Origin: Chrysomallon squamiferum
Lineage: Eukaryota > Animalia > Mollusca
DNA: 64,000 bases
Reading direction: 5' to 3'
Assembly (NCBI GenBank): GCA_012295275.1
Contig: CM022670.1
Coordinates: 9,362,001-9,426,000, forward strand
Part shown: piece after piece, positions 14,971 to 28,174 of the stretch
How positions within the stretch are numbered: the stretch's first letter is position 1
How the letters are laid out: each line of letters starts with the position of its first letter
Translations under genes and position numbers: made by a program
Notes under the pieces: model-generated
What the model was told of the DNA's origin: nothing
The model's input: the letters and a program-made list of their open reading frames with translations, nothing else
Databases searched by the model: none

Positions 14971-15624
14971 AGCGAGGAGAGAATGAGAGAGAGAGAGAGA
15001 GAGAGATTTCTGCATGTAGAAGACAAATTTGAGAAGATGGAAGAATATATATTGGAAAAAAGAATTATAAAAGTTCACAGGAATATTTTAGAAAAAAAAA
15101 AATAATATAAAATAACACGCTTTTATTAATAATCATACTCAATTTTCTGTTCGTTTCCCGTGAAACCAGAGTGAAAGACCTAACCAGGAAGTCATTTCAA
15201 AATTAACCATTAATCTGAAACGCCATATTGTTCTGCATTTGTTTTCACTGGCTTCCTTAATACTTTAATACCTCGCTGCAGAGGGATTAGTCAGTTTAAA
15301 CTAGAGACAATGAAGACTCCGAAAATAAATCAGAAATCTTGCCTCGTGTTTGCAGGGAGATTAGTAAAAAAAATCTCGTTTTCTGAACCCAACTTCAGGT
15401 CGGTCGAAAACGGTAGCGAAGACAATTGACACGTTTGCAGTTCTTTGGGGTTATCAGGCTGCTTCAAAGAAGATCTTCTTTCGTTTGTAAACGTCTTTTC
15501 CTTTGGCTAGACAACACGACAAACTACAGCAAACCGAAAAATAAACAAGAAACATTTTGGGACAAGTCGCAAAGATGGCAGATACACTGCTACCGAAGAT
15601 CTGCATGTCTTTTTCTTTGAAATC

Positions 15625-15774
<150 letters not shown>

Positions 15775-16319
15775 ATTTTAATTAAAAACATGTAATATTC
15801 ATTTTACCATCAGAAATGAGAGTGTTCTTTTTTATTACAAGAGATTTTTATTTACTGAATTCATATTCATTTAACCATTTGTTGAAAATAATTTTTTTTT
15901 TTGTCTCTGAATATTAGACTGGTTTATATCCTATGACGTGAGTAAGTATCAATTATTTATACAGAAACGAGTTGCCAAGAACACGTTCCTAACCTGTGAG
16001 AGATGGAGGATTCAAAAGAATTTATAAACGTTCCTTTTGTATTTGAATATGTTTTAAACATTTTTTTATTTCGTAAAGTTCACCTTACTGTCTACATCCT
16101 GGTACGCTCTCTTATCGTATATATTAGTGATCTTAAAATCTGCAGTGATAATTTTCATATGAAATTAGATGAATATTTGTTTATCCTAGGAAAAATTTAT
16201 ATTTCTGTTGTTTATCTTTTGGGCTGTTGATCATTTTCATGTTAACCTGTCTATCTCTTTCTTTCAAAATAAAAATTTTACTTTTCAACTTCCGCAATTA
16301 TTTCAGAATTTTAATTAAT

Positions 16320-16358
<39 letters not shown>

Positions 16359-18671
16359 TTAATTTTTTTTTTTTTTTTTTGTATTGTGTTATAATCGCTG
16401 GTTAGACCTTAGAAAATAGAAAAAAAAAAAAAAAAAAAAGTAAGATAAGGAAAGCTGATACAAAAATTTCCCCCAAAGAATTACGGTAATTTGTTTTCCT
16501 TGTCTCATTTCATAATAATAATACAATACAAATAACACCTAACATGAAAACATCAAATCTCGTTCTCTGTCAGTCAGCCTTGAAATTTTCACATCGTACC
16601 AACATTCAGTAGGTGATTTATTTGGTTTTCAGAGGCCTTTCAAGGAAAATAAAACACATCAAAGTGTTTAGCAAAATTTATAGTTTAATTTCCTTCTTAA
16701 ATCTGAAAGGAAAAACTGACAGTCCTCGTAGTATCATTAGCAAACACTTTCCAAGACAACAAGACAATATAATGAGTGTTTTCTCGACTGGTTTTGTGTT
16801 TAGCAGATAAAGCGTAACTCGGAAAAACGCAAATAGTTATATTAACATAATGATATGGCATGAGTTGTGACAAGTCTGTATCATGAATTAACAAAATGGC
16901 TGTTTGTTTACTAAGAATGAAATTGTTAACAGTGCCTGCTTGTTAAAAATAATAATTAAGACGTAACATTTTTCAATGTCACTCGAAACAGTACCGGTTG
17001 CAGATCTGGATTAATACATTTAACTTTCATGATAAAAATAATATAGATACGTAACAACAACTATAAAGCAAAGTAAAGTAAAGGAAGTAAATAAATAAAA
17101 ATAGTTTGTATATGACAAATGTTTCAGCTCCTAATATACTCTATAAAAAACCGTCTTTTTCAAAGAAGTACAGAAACGGATTTTTTGTAAAATGAAACAG
17201 TTCCTTGCTAAGGTACACAACAGTAAAATTAACCATAACTGTAGAACACTTGAATGATAAAGTTGAAATGAACAATGGGGGGGGGGAATGTTAGATTAAA
17301 CAATGGGGAGGGGTTAAATTGCTTATATCATTCAGACTTTATTTTATAATCGTTGAAATGGGAAGCCGAATCTCACTGTGGTTTGACCCGTATTTACAAA
17401 TACCTCTTCAAGTAAATTACAAAAAGATGACGTTTAGGATTACATACTGATTTTAAATGTCTTAGAAAAAAAGGTAATAGAATAGCATGACTCGTACAGA
17501 AATAATAATAGACTCTTTATGACACGAGAAACAAAATTCCGGAATTAGATAACATCAGATAGAAGCTAAAAAAAACAGGATGTTTCTTTAATAAAGGTAC
17601 ATTAACACGCACTGAACATTACAAAACATTCTTATTGTTGAAAACAAAATACGTACAGATTGTTTGTTTAATAAAAGATGGCTTACGTTTTTATTTTTAA
17701 ATTATGACACATTCTATAAACAGTTAACATATTAAATTATGGTATGAAGTACAGCTTATTTATTTACATTTGGAAGGAAACAAGACATTACTGATTACTC
17801 TTAGTGTTATTTGCATTGGTGTATCTTATGAATAATGTCAGTGTTTGTTTCAGATTAGTTTATATAGTTACTTTATACAGAAACTGGACATTTCTGTTTT
17901 TAGTATACTCTTTAGCTGTTAATTACTGTTTGTTTTTGTTTTTTTTACCAGGAAGAAATAAAACCACTACTTCTTCTTGTATATTTTGTACTGGTATGTG
18001 AATTACATTAATAACTGTACTGATTTTAGACTGAGACCTTTCATACTGGGAAGATACTGAAACAGTTTTAATCTAATTACATGGGCATTTCATATTATAT
18101 TAATTTAGTGTTTGTTTTGTTACCAGTTCCCAATGATCAGCGTGTTATCAACTACGTCCACCGGTACCTAACCATCAATGTCAAATACTTCGACCACATG
18201 TTCACCCACATGGTCTGATTTCACTGTTTATCGCAAAGTTGCACCTGTCGCCACAATTACCGCACTCTTAATGACGCAACAATGCGACAGCAGTCACGTG
18301 ATCAAGTGCCAGCAGAATTGGTTATAAAAGTTTAACGATGCATAGACATAAACACATAAAGGTAGTTTCATTTATAGCTGTTTATCAACAGGCAATATAT
18401 CTTTCACTTTACGGTTTATGTTCTTTCTGAAAGACATCGCCAAGCCTGTTTACGCGATGTCTGGTACCAGCGCGTCAACGTGACGTGCAGAAAAGAAACG
18501 TATTTTGCGTTTAAAAATAAACATTTTGAAAAGGTTGTTGACGATTTGTGTTGTGTTGTGTCATGTTACGTTCTGCTGTGCTATTTATTTTCGCGTACGC
18601 GTAGAATGATGAAATATTAAATTAATATTTTGTTAGTTATTTAGATGTCTGTTGATACAAAAACAATGAGA

Positions 18672-18730
<59 letters not shown>

Positions 18731-18990
18731 ACATTGATTCATTCATTTAATTATTTATTCATTCGTTCATTTATTTGTGCATGTATTCAGTTATATGAGT
18801 AACATTTTTTTATTTTTTTTTTTTTTTTTTTCATCACTACAATTTTTCATTCACTGAACTCAAAAATATTTTACTTTCAGTCTATAATTTATATTTTAGT
18901 ATTTTGACAAGTACATCGCATGACGGTTTTAGCAATTTCATTATTTTACATTTTATTTAGTTTTCCATTTTCTTTGTGTGTGAATTTCAG

Positions 18991-19005
18991 ATCGAGGAAG
19001 AAGCG
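18991..19005 (+). CDS. Candidate 15-nt microexon of the GRXCR gene (IEEEA in phase 0)
   Basis: Pyrimidine-rich acceptor ttttccattttctttgtgtgtgaatttcag| then purine-rich ATCGAGGAAGAAGCG then consensus donor |gtgagt. Length is a multiple of 3, no stop, joins in frame to 22592. Six GCATG motifs lie downstream. Confidence 0.6.
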
Positions 19006-19343
19006 GTGAGTTTTAGCACGGCACTTTGTGATAATTTGTCGTAACACACACACGCATGTTGTAATTTATCTCTGAACATGTTTCATCCCGGAGTGAATCA
19101 CATTACTCGTTTACAATTTTATGTCCTGGTTGGTTACGCGATACAATGTGTAGTGGCTGGTCTAATGGGAAAGACGTAGTTAAGCTGGGGTGGAAAGCAG
19201 GATGCATGTTGAAATTCAGATTATATGGAAAATACTACATTAACAATTTAAAATACACAAACGTATTCCTGTGCTATACATGTTAATTGTTTAGTAAATA
19301 AATTCATAAGATCAGTTTTTACATTTGCATATGGTTTTGGGGT

Positions 19344-19426
<83 letters not shown>

Positions 19427-19731
19427 CACTCATATAATCCTTTAAGAAGAATAAACACATCAGAAATCTATGTTAAGTTAAGTGAGATAGGAAACATGCC
19501 GTTAAAATAAATTTAAATAAAAATAAAATCATTTGTGTTTGGTAAAGCATGACGCATGTATGCACGAGTTATTAAAAGTATTATTTTTGCATGTACGTGT
19601 AATTTGCATGATTTTTTTTTGTTTTCTTTTCGTGATTTTTTTTATTTGGAATGATCTGCAGTCAGTTATTTGTTTGTTTGTTTATTGGATTTTTTTAAAG
19701 TTGTTTTGTGTGTTTGTTGTTATTATTATTA

Positions 19732-19771
<40 letters not shown>

Positions 19772-20368
19772 TAATGTTGTATAATGTAACATTCTATGAA
19801 GGGTATTAATGATGTGTTTATTTATATGTCATTGAACTTTTTCTTTCCTTCGAATAAAGTAAGCCTAAAACACTTTCAATTTGTACAGACTGAAATAAAC
19901 ATAAAAAACACCTCGCCAGAATTCTTTATACATTAACAACTTTATATATAAAATATTAAAGATGAATAAATAAACTAGATACCAACAAAAAACAACAAGA
20001 CATAGAACAACACCAACACCAACATCAACAACAACAATAACAACAACAATAAAATAAATACATTAAAATTGATCCTTAAAATCGTTATCATAATTTCGTT
20101 CTGTGTGAAGGAACCTTTACATGTATACAAATAAACGTGACTTGAAAAGTTAAGATTTTAATATACATTTCTAAGTAAACTGGCAAAAGCAATATCTTCC
20201 TGGTTCAGTAAGTGTTTTATGTCGTATTAAATTGCATAGGTCACGCCCTAAGGTAGGGCGGGGCATGAAGAATAAGAAGAGGAGGTTTTCTTACTTACAA
20301 GGATCCTTAAAACTGTTAGGATTATATGACGAGTCTTCGCTGTGATAACATAAATACGTATATATATA

Positions 20369-20411
<43 letters not shown>

Positions 20412-21256
20412 ACAAATAAATAAATAAATAAATAAATAAATAAACAACACAACAAAGAATGAAGTTCAAAAATGAAGGTTTTTCAGACCAGTAACCACCC
20501 AGGTTCGAACCTGCTAAGCACGCGTGTAGAAAAAAAAGCCTGTTTGTCTATTAAGAGTACTTCTGTCATTTGCTTGCTAATCTATGAAACTGGTGACATA
20601 TTATATTTATAATCTTTTAATGCCCGCACCGTCTGTAAGAGCTAAGAATATATACTACACACTTACACAGACAGCTCTTGTCCCAAAATTGTGTTTATGC
20701 CACTAGAAATCCAACTAAGCAAATATAAAAAAGGAAGTTTATGTTTTAAAGACATTTGAAATAAATATTTAGTTATACAAAAGATATGTTAGTGTATTTA
20801 AAATAATAATAATAATAATAATAATAATTAATAATAATTCTATTTCAACACATTTAATCTAATTTAATCTTCATTTCTCTGTTCTCTTATATTTATTTTT
20901 TATTTAATAAATGAATGGCTGCAATATACTTCGTATCATTCTTCTTTAGTGTTTTACGTTTTTGCTTTTCGTTTTTATTTACCTGTTACCTGTTAATTAT
21001 TTATTTATTTATTAAAAAAATGTCCTGTTTACTCATTTTAACATTCTGAGCACATTATCTTGTATTTCATTTTTATTCATTTTATTTAGAATTGCTACTT
21101 GAGACAAATTTACTAAAATATATTGAACAGAAACAAATCTGTTATCACAACATAATTGTTTGTATAGTTTTAACGATATTCTTTGCACTGCTTGTAATGT
21201 AATAAAGACTCATAATCAACAGTATAACTTTTTATTTATTTTGTTTTATTTATTTG

Positions 21257-21310
<54 letters not shown>

Positions 21311-22591
21311 TTTTTTTTTTTTTTTCTTTTTCTTGTTTCTTCAGTGATTTATATCTGTTAAATGAATTTTCGAAGATTTTAACATTTCACGATCCCTAAC
21401 TTTTTTGTTCAGTATATGTACACTTTAAATCTAGTAATACATTAACGCTGATTATGTATTAAACAATTGTTATTTTGTAATATCTCGCCTTTTAGTGATA
21501 CCTGGATATATCATTTTGTTCAGTATTCTCCTGAGATTATAAAGTAACATCGTATAATCAATATTATTAATTTACACTGATGACTATGAACATTTTCCCT
21601 TTCGAAAAGCACACGTTAGATTAAATCAGTTAATTTTCTTCATAGTAATCGATATAATTATTTTTTTTTATTAATTATTTTTATTAAATGTTCTTGTGTC
21701 TATCGTAGCCCTCGTTTGTAATGATATTGATAATAATAATAGTAATAGTAGTAACAACAACAACAACAACAGCAATAATAATAATAATAACAATAATAAT
21801 AATAATAATAATAATAAATATAATAATAATAATAAGATAATAATTGTATTCTAAACCTAACTGTAGAATTGTTGAGGATTTGTATTACAGAATATTTTAA
21901 ACAAAATGTATATATATTTGATATATATTTAAATAATGAAAAAAGTTTAACTGTTGATCTTTGTGTTTCGTTTCTTATATTAATTTATTTTAGTTTGTTT
22001 TATTACATGGCCAAATGTGCGGCATTACTAAAACTTTTTTTTATATATATTGTTGTTATTATTATTATTATTTATTATTATTATTATTATTATATACCCA
22101 AAAAATCTAAAAGATACTCTAGAAAATAATATGTTTTTATATACATTTATTAATTACCGGACAGAAATCTTAAACACCACGTCAAAAATCTTTTTAATCT
22201 TAAATTCCAGTTAAAAACTGTAATATGAATAAATCCGAAACGAAATTAAATACTCCTTGCACTCTTCGGTGGGAAAAATTTAATTACGCGGATCTTTACA
22301 AATGACGTCCAGAAATATCGATTATTTTCTGCTCAAGAAAAAAAAAAAAAAATAATAATAAAATGACAAATAAAAAAATAAAATAAAAAGTAATTAATAT
22401 ACATATATAAGATAAATAAATATCTTCTTTAATACAATTTTTCTTATTCTTAATGCAGCATCATGAAAATCAATAGAGTTTAACTAGTTTTACAATAAAT
22501 AGGAAAGAAAACAAAAATTAAATTCCAGTACATTATTATTTTTTTAAAATTATGGAATCAAGTTGACTGATTTTAATTTTTTTTTTTTCAG

Positions 22592-22828
22592 AGAAACTAC
22601 TTTCAGCATGAGCGGGGAAAGATTGTTATCTACACGACCAGCATGTGTGTAGTACGTAGCACGTGGGAGAAATGTAAGCTGGTGCGCAACATACTGCAGA
22701 CGCACATGGTGCGTTACGAAGAGAAGGATCTCTACATGAGTAGAGACAACCAGAGAGAGCTGCAAGAGAGACTCGGCAGCAACGTCATTACGCTGCCGCA
22801 AGTGTACGTGGACGGCGTTCACATCGGG
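22592..22828 (+). CDS. GRXCR1: GRXCR-family (glutaredoxin domain-containing cysteine-rich protein, GRXCR1/Drosophila CG31559-like), glutaredoxin-like domain exon
   Basis: Acceptor ttttttttcag|, donor GGG|gtaggc; 237 nt, phase 0-0. Translates RNYFQHERGKIVIYTTSMCVVRSTWEKCKLVRNILQTHMVRYEEKDLYMSRDNQRELQERLGSNVITLPQVYVDGVHIG, the typical GRXCR pattern (GK.V.YTTS...VR.T...C, E.D..M, LPQV.V.G.HIG). The symbol denotes the family; an invertebrate copy would be co-orthologous to GRXCR1/2. Confidence 0.93.
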
Positions 22829-23089
22829 GTAGGCTACAGCCTCGACACAGGCATTTTTAAATCAGTTTAAATATCAGTGATCGAAACTACCTCATGTTTA
22901 TTCATGACGTTCATATCGTTGGTGGGGGTTGGTTGTGGTAATTTCGTAATGTTACGCTGCTATTTTAGTTTTTGCTGATAAACATTATTTTCATGTTATA
23001 TGCAAACACAGTAGCCTGTTATTCATATTTTTATATAACACAGACCAGGTCCTCGTTTTTTTTCTTCGTCTTCTTCCTTTTTATTATTT

Positions 23090-23121
<32 letters not shown>

Positions 23122-23593
23122 CTGTACATCTCCGGGATAGCCAACAGAAAAAAAGTTTCTCAGTTTACTCTATGATAATAAGGTGCATTTACATATATAT
23201 AATATTATATATATAGAAAAATTATGCATAAACAGATGTAATAAAAACGCATTGCATGTTTGTTCATGGAGACACTGGGATATGTTCAAATATGATGCAC
23301 TGAACAAACCCTTCAGGTCCTTTTTATCGACAAAGTGATTTTTATATGCGAATAACTCTGATACCTAGCACACGCCTTCATTTTAATAACATCTCATTCA
23401 AACATTTTTATTGGGTACTTGTAACATTAAGTCCACAGAGGAATCTCCACGGAATTTTTAGTGCAATACAAATGCTATTTAAATTTTAACTATTTTTCTT
23501 TTTGCTGTTTCTGAATTAAATTAACCAAAAAAATAGAAAAACGCTCTGCTTAAATCTTCTTTTATCTCCATTTAATTATGTTTTATGTAAAAA

Positions 23594-23638
<45 letters not shown>

Positions 23639-23950
23639 TTTTAATTATTATTATTGTTAGAAATCGATCACAAATTTAAATTTGAAGACGTGGTTCCAAG
23701 ATTTAATGATGTATCTTTAATTCCATTTGATTGGTGTCTTTCACGTTGTAAGACTAGAAATTCAAATGTCGTGACTTGAAATAATAAATCTTATCTAGAA
23801 GTGTAAGGAAACTGATAACATTATCACCAGCAGAATCGGCTCAGTGTCATTATTTCCTGGTTGAGCTTTAGGACGTGATCTAAATATTTCATTTTAAATT
23901 AATTCCCTAATAGTTGTTTGTCTTTCACGGGTTCAGAAATATTTATAATT

Positions 23951-24104
<154 letters not shown>

Positions 24105-26531
24105 TTTGGCATGTGTTTGGCATATCGTGACGACTAGATAGATGGCCCCAGCCAATAAATAAGATTCTGAAAATCTCTTTAAATGTTTGACTGAGACTGG
24201 AAACAAATCATGACCGCCTCCTGATTTGGAGACACTGTATAAGAATTGTGTAATCACATGTTGTCTTGGTAATCTGGGACTTACAGGCTAAGTAAAAGAC
24301 TCGTGCGGTTACGTTGTTTTCATTGAGCTTCTTGTCTTTTCAGAATGCGTCTTCAAACAATGTCACTGTTACTGCGCTGATTTCACGTTTTGTTCAGTCG
24401 CTTTGGAATCAAACTGAAAAAACATTACCTTGTTTTGTTTCTATTTTGTCCTGCCATGCAAGGCAGCACTCTCAGACTGAATTGATCGTTTATATTTGTT
24501 TCACCTTGAATGAAGTTCTTTTCGTTTGGCCAAAAGAACAAAGTTCATAAGAATGGGACAATTCCTGTTTATTTACATCAAATAAATAATATATTTTTTT
24601 AAAACGTTAGGTTGTGTTAGAAACAACCAATTTCTTTTTTTGCTGAGTTCTGCCAGCTCTGACAGAAACTTAAGGCTGTGTCTTAAAACAGTGACACGAC
24701 TTCGGAAGGTAACTCTAAAACAGACAATTCAGTATTGAAATCATAGATATTACCCGAAAAGTGCGTCTCTATCGGACCCTGACTAAGACTACAGAAACTC
24801 TTTTGTTTTTATTTGTATGCGAAGAGTACAGATGTAACTTGATTTCACAGACAGACTATTGTGTGACATGTTAAATGATGTTATCTTTTCATCCAAGCAA
24901 AGCCTGTCAACTTGTATAAGATTCGAACTTGACTGTCGACTGTCGAACATAAATATTTACTTACCTACGTATAAAAACTCATTATTACCTTAGCAGGAAC
25001 GCTTAGTTGTTGAATATGATTTTTTTCTTTTCTCAGACTTCACCGTGTATAATTTAACTGACTTAAAGAATAAAGTCTGTTTCTTCTTTTAATTACTCAA
25101 TATAATCGCTAGAAGTCAGATCATACTGACTTCGTTTAATCTTATTAATTTATTTGACTTCATAAACATAATTCCTATTCCAAGCTACTTTTTGTATAAT
25201 AGTTCTTAATTCCGAGAATTCGTGATTCAGTTACAGAAAGTTTATCACAAAGATGAGTTTCAGAATTACAGATCTTACAAAAAATCGCGATTAACTCAAG
25301 ATCAATGATATATTTTTTCTACTCAGTGAATGTTACTAGAAATTTAAAAAAAAAAAAAAAAATTTGTTACATGCAAATCGGGGCATAATGTTATGATACT
25401 CATTGTAATTTTGTTCTAAATAATGTAACGATGTAGGTTCTGAAGATTAGATGGAGTAGATGTAATGGTTATATTTATCCACAGATAAGAACTGATGAAA
25501 TAGTATCCACTCTTATAGTCTGTTATAAATATTTGATATTTTGTTAGTCTTTGCCCACGGGAGATACATTTGAAACCTATTGCCTTTAATTAATTCAGAC
25601 AGTCAATCTACTATACTGAGTCCTTTAATTAGTTCAAGACAGCCATTGTATTGAATTGGCGCATTCATGGCCTGAAATAGACGGGTTTTGTAAACATTTT
25701 ACTTAGTAATGAAAAGTATATTTTAATAAATAGTTATTTGCCCTGTCCACGTTCACAACAAGGATTTCTGAAACAAAAAGATGACGTACTCTTCTTCTCC
25801 CCAGAAAAGTTGCGAGATTCTGTGGAATTCGGCGGAGTCAAATTCGCACGACATCACATCGAGGAAAGGGTGCCGTTAAAAATGTCTAAAATTACAAGAA
25901 CAAAATGGCCGATGTGGAGAATGGCGTTCACTTTACTTTGCAGGCGACTAATGTTTGATTTGTCAGTCTGATAGCTTTTCGTACAGCTGTTAATAATGCA
26001 CAGTTACACAACAACTTAACGATCCGCGTTTTAAACGCTCCCTGACACCGGACGTGTAACTTTCCCGCTCTTTACTATTTCAGAGAGGGGGGGGAATACA
26101 GTTTCTCAGTCCATGTCCAATTTCCTTTCCTTCTTCTGCATTTCCATTCTTTTTTTTTCATTTGAAAAAAAAAAAAATTCATTTTAACTTCAAAGCATTG
26201 TCACAAGATTGTCAGCATTTACCATAATCCCGATGAAAAAGAGTAAGGGTGAAATGTTTGTTTGCTTCCAACCGATTTGTACCCGTTCGCATGAGCAGTG
26301 GACTTTTGCTGTCGATAAAGAGAGAATTAGGGCCATTTTTAGTGTCTCTATGATGGGCCTAATGGATTTGTCTGAGAAAAAAACGATTTTTGATTCCCTA
26401 ATTACGAACTTTTTTTTTTTTTTTTTTTTAAAGCTTTATAATATTGCAGGCCATTTTATCATCATCATTAAATGATAATAAATAGTGATACTGATAATAA
26501 TTTGACTATTTTTTAAATTTTGTTTTGAAAG

Positions 26532-26597
26532 GGTGCCTTTGAACTAGAACAACTTAATGAATGTGGAGAACTACGAAATCTGTTTCAGCATTTTCCG
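26532..26597 (+). CDS. GRXCR1: GRXCR-family internal exon (end of glutaredoxin-like domain)
   Basis: ttttgttttgaaag|GGT...CCG|gtaagt; 66 nt, phase 0-0; GAFELEQLNECGELRNLFQHFP. Completes the IG-GA...LNE.GEL signature. Absent from the ORF track because it is short. Confidence 0.92.
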
Positions 26598-26808
26598 GTA
26601 AGTAAGCTCATCACATTCTGTTTCCATTTGCTTTCGTTGATGTTGTTGTTGTTGTTGTTGTTTAAACAGACACTACCGAGCTAATCTGATATCTTTAATA
26701 ACAAACCTGTCGGATACCAAATTGATAAGTATATTCATTTTGGTTGCCAAGAAAAAAATGTTATTGTTAGTAATTGCCGCTGTGGCATGAATACGAATCT
26801 TAAGATTG

Positions 26809-27135
26809 TAAATAAATAAATAAATAAATAAATACATACATACATAAATAAATACATAAATACATAAATACATAAATACATAAATAAATACATACATACA
26901 TAAATACATACATACATAAATACATACATAAATACATAAATACATAAATACATACATAAATACATACATAAATACATACATACATACATAAATACATACA
27001 TAAATACATAAATACATACATAAATACATACATAAATACATACATAATAAATACATACATAATTAAATAAATAAATTAATAATAATAATCATAATAATAA
27101 TAATACATAATAAATAATAAAATAAATAATAAATA
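26809..27135. repeat. (ATAA/ATAC)n mixed tetranucleotide array
   Basis: Direct reading. Confidence 0.93.
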
Positions 27136-27218
27136 AACTAAAAATAAAGGATTTAACTAATAAAACACATAATTTATTTTACTGACATAAAGTAAAAAGA
27201 CTTAAATAATGTCTCTTA

Positions 27219-27295
<77 letters not shown>

Positions 27296-27524
27296 TTTCA
27301 TAGAAGACAAGATATTTAATGATTATGTTTTGCTTCACAAAACACAACACATACCACTTTTTCACGGAACTGATTAGTTACTTAATTAAGACTAAACATA
27401 GCCACAAGCGAACCTTAACAGTTAATGTCGTTTGATTTCTGCTGGCACAATATATTTTCGAAAATTCATTTCCCGTTAACTTCTCAGCTTAAACAGAAAA
27501 CAATACTTGAATAGTAAGACTGTA

Positions 27525-27856
27525 CAGATTGAGAATCCCGTATCCGAAATACTTGGGACCGCAAGTGTTTCGGAGTTATGAATTTTTCAGATTTTTGAAC
27601 ATAAGGAGATAGCCTGAAAACAGGATTTAAATCCTTTTATATTTCATAACCTAGCTTAAGGAGATGGTCTGTGGGTATGTTTATACACAGCATTTAATAG
27701 TGTTATGCATAAATAGAAGAAGTGTGTTTATGTTAAACGTGTGAAGGCTATAAAAAAAAAAAAAAAAAAAAACCCACCTCTATCTCGAATGCTCGGGAAA
27801 CGCTTCGGATTTTCGAGTTTTGGGGATTTCGGAATTCCGGTTTTGAGATCAGCCTT
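27525..27856. mobile_element. Non-autonomous pogo/Tigger-type DNA transposon (MITE), Tigger4/MER46-like
   Basis: TA|CAGATTGAGAATCCCGTATCCGAAATACTTGGGACCGCAAGTGTTTCGGA at the left end; ...CTTCGGATTTTCGAG...GGATTTCGGAATTCCGGTTTTGAGATCAGCCTT|TA at the right. TA flanks, decayed inverted termini and TTCGGA subterminal repeats are visible. Resembles my recollection of the Tigger4/MER46 terminus (CAGGTTGAGTATCCCTTATCCGAAATGCTTGGGACCAGAAGTGTTTCGGA). Confidence 0.75.
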
Positions 27857-27917
27857 TAAATCTTATGTGAATCAGGTTTATAAGAAACCTCTGGAATAGT
27901 TTACCTGTAACGAAATG

Positions 27918-27966
<49 letters not shown>

Positions 27967-27985
27967 CAGAATGGTTATATTTCAG

Positions 27986-28174
27986 AAAATCACTGTCCGC
28001 CTGGCGTGTTCTGCTTGCGGCGGTTACCGCTACGTGCCGTGTGGATACTGTCACGGTAGCAAGAAATCCTTGTTCCGGAATAATTTCACTGAAGAATTTT
28101 GTGCTCTTCGCTGTATGCAGTGTGACGAGAGTGGACTTCAGAGATGTGAAGTTTGTAAAGATCAGCAGGACTGA
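27986..28174 (+). CDS. GRXCR1: GRXCR-family terminal coding exon, Cys-rich zinc-finger-like domain
   Basis: atttcag|AAA; KITVRLACSACGGYRYVPCGYCHGSKKSLFRNNFTEEFCALRCMQCDESGLQRCEVCKDQQD-TGA. Four CxxC (CSAC, CGYC, CMQC, CEVC) with the C..CGG...PC..CHGSKKS and LRC..CDE.GL..C..C motifs of GRXCR proteins. Confidence 0.95.
   Translation, partial: KITVRLACSACGGYRYVPCGYCHGSKKSLFRNNFTEEFCALRCMQCDESGLQRCEVCKDQQD

Noticed and set aside
24314-24550. Intronic ORFs with good acceptors in the GRXCR region (24343, 16633, 1021, 18127; also the 25738 ORF)
   Set aside because: No matching strong donor or they hit in-frame stops; inclusion between 22828 and 26532 would split the conserved IG-GA motif.
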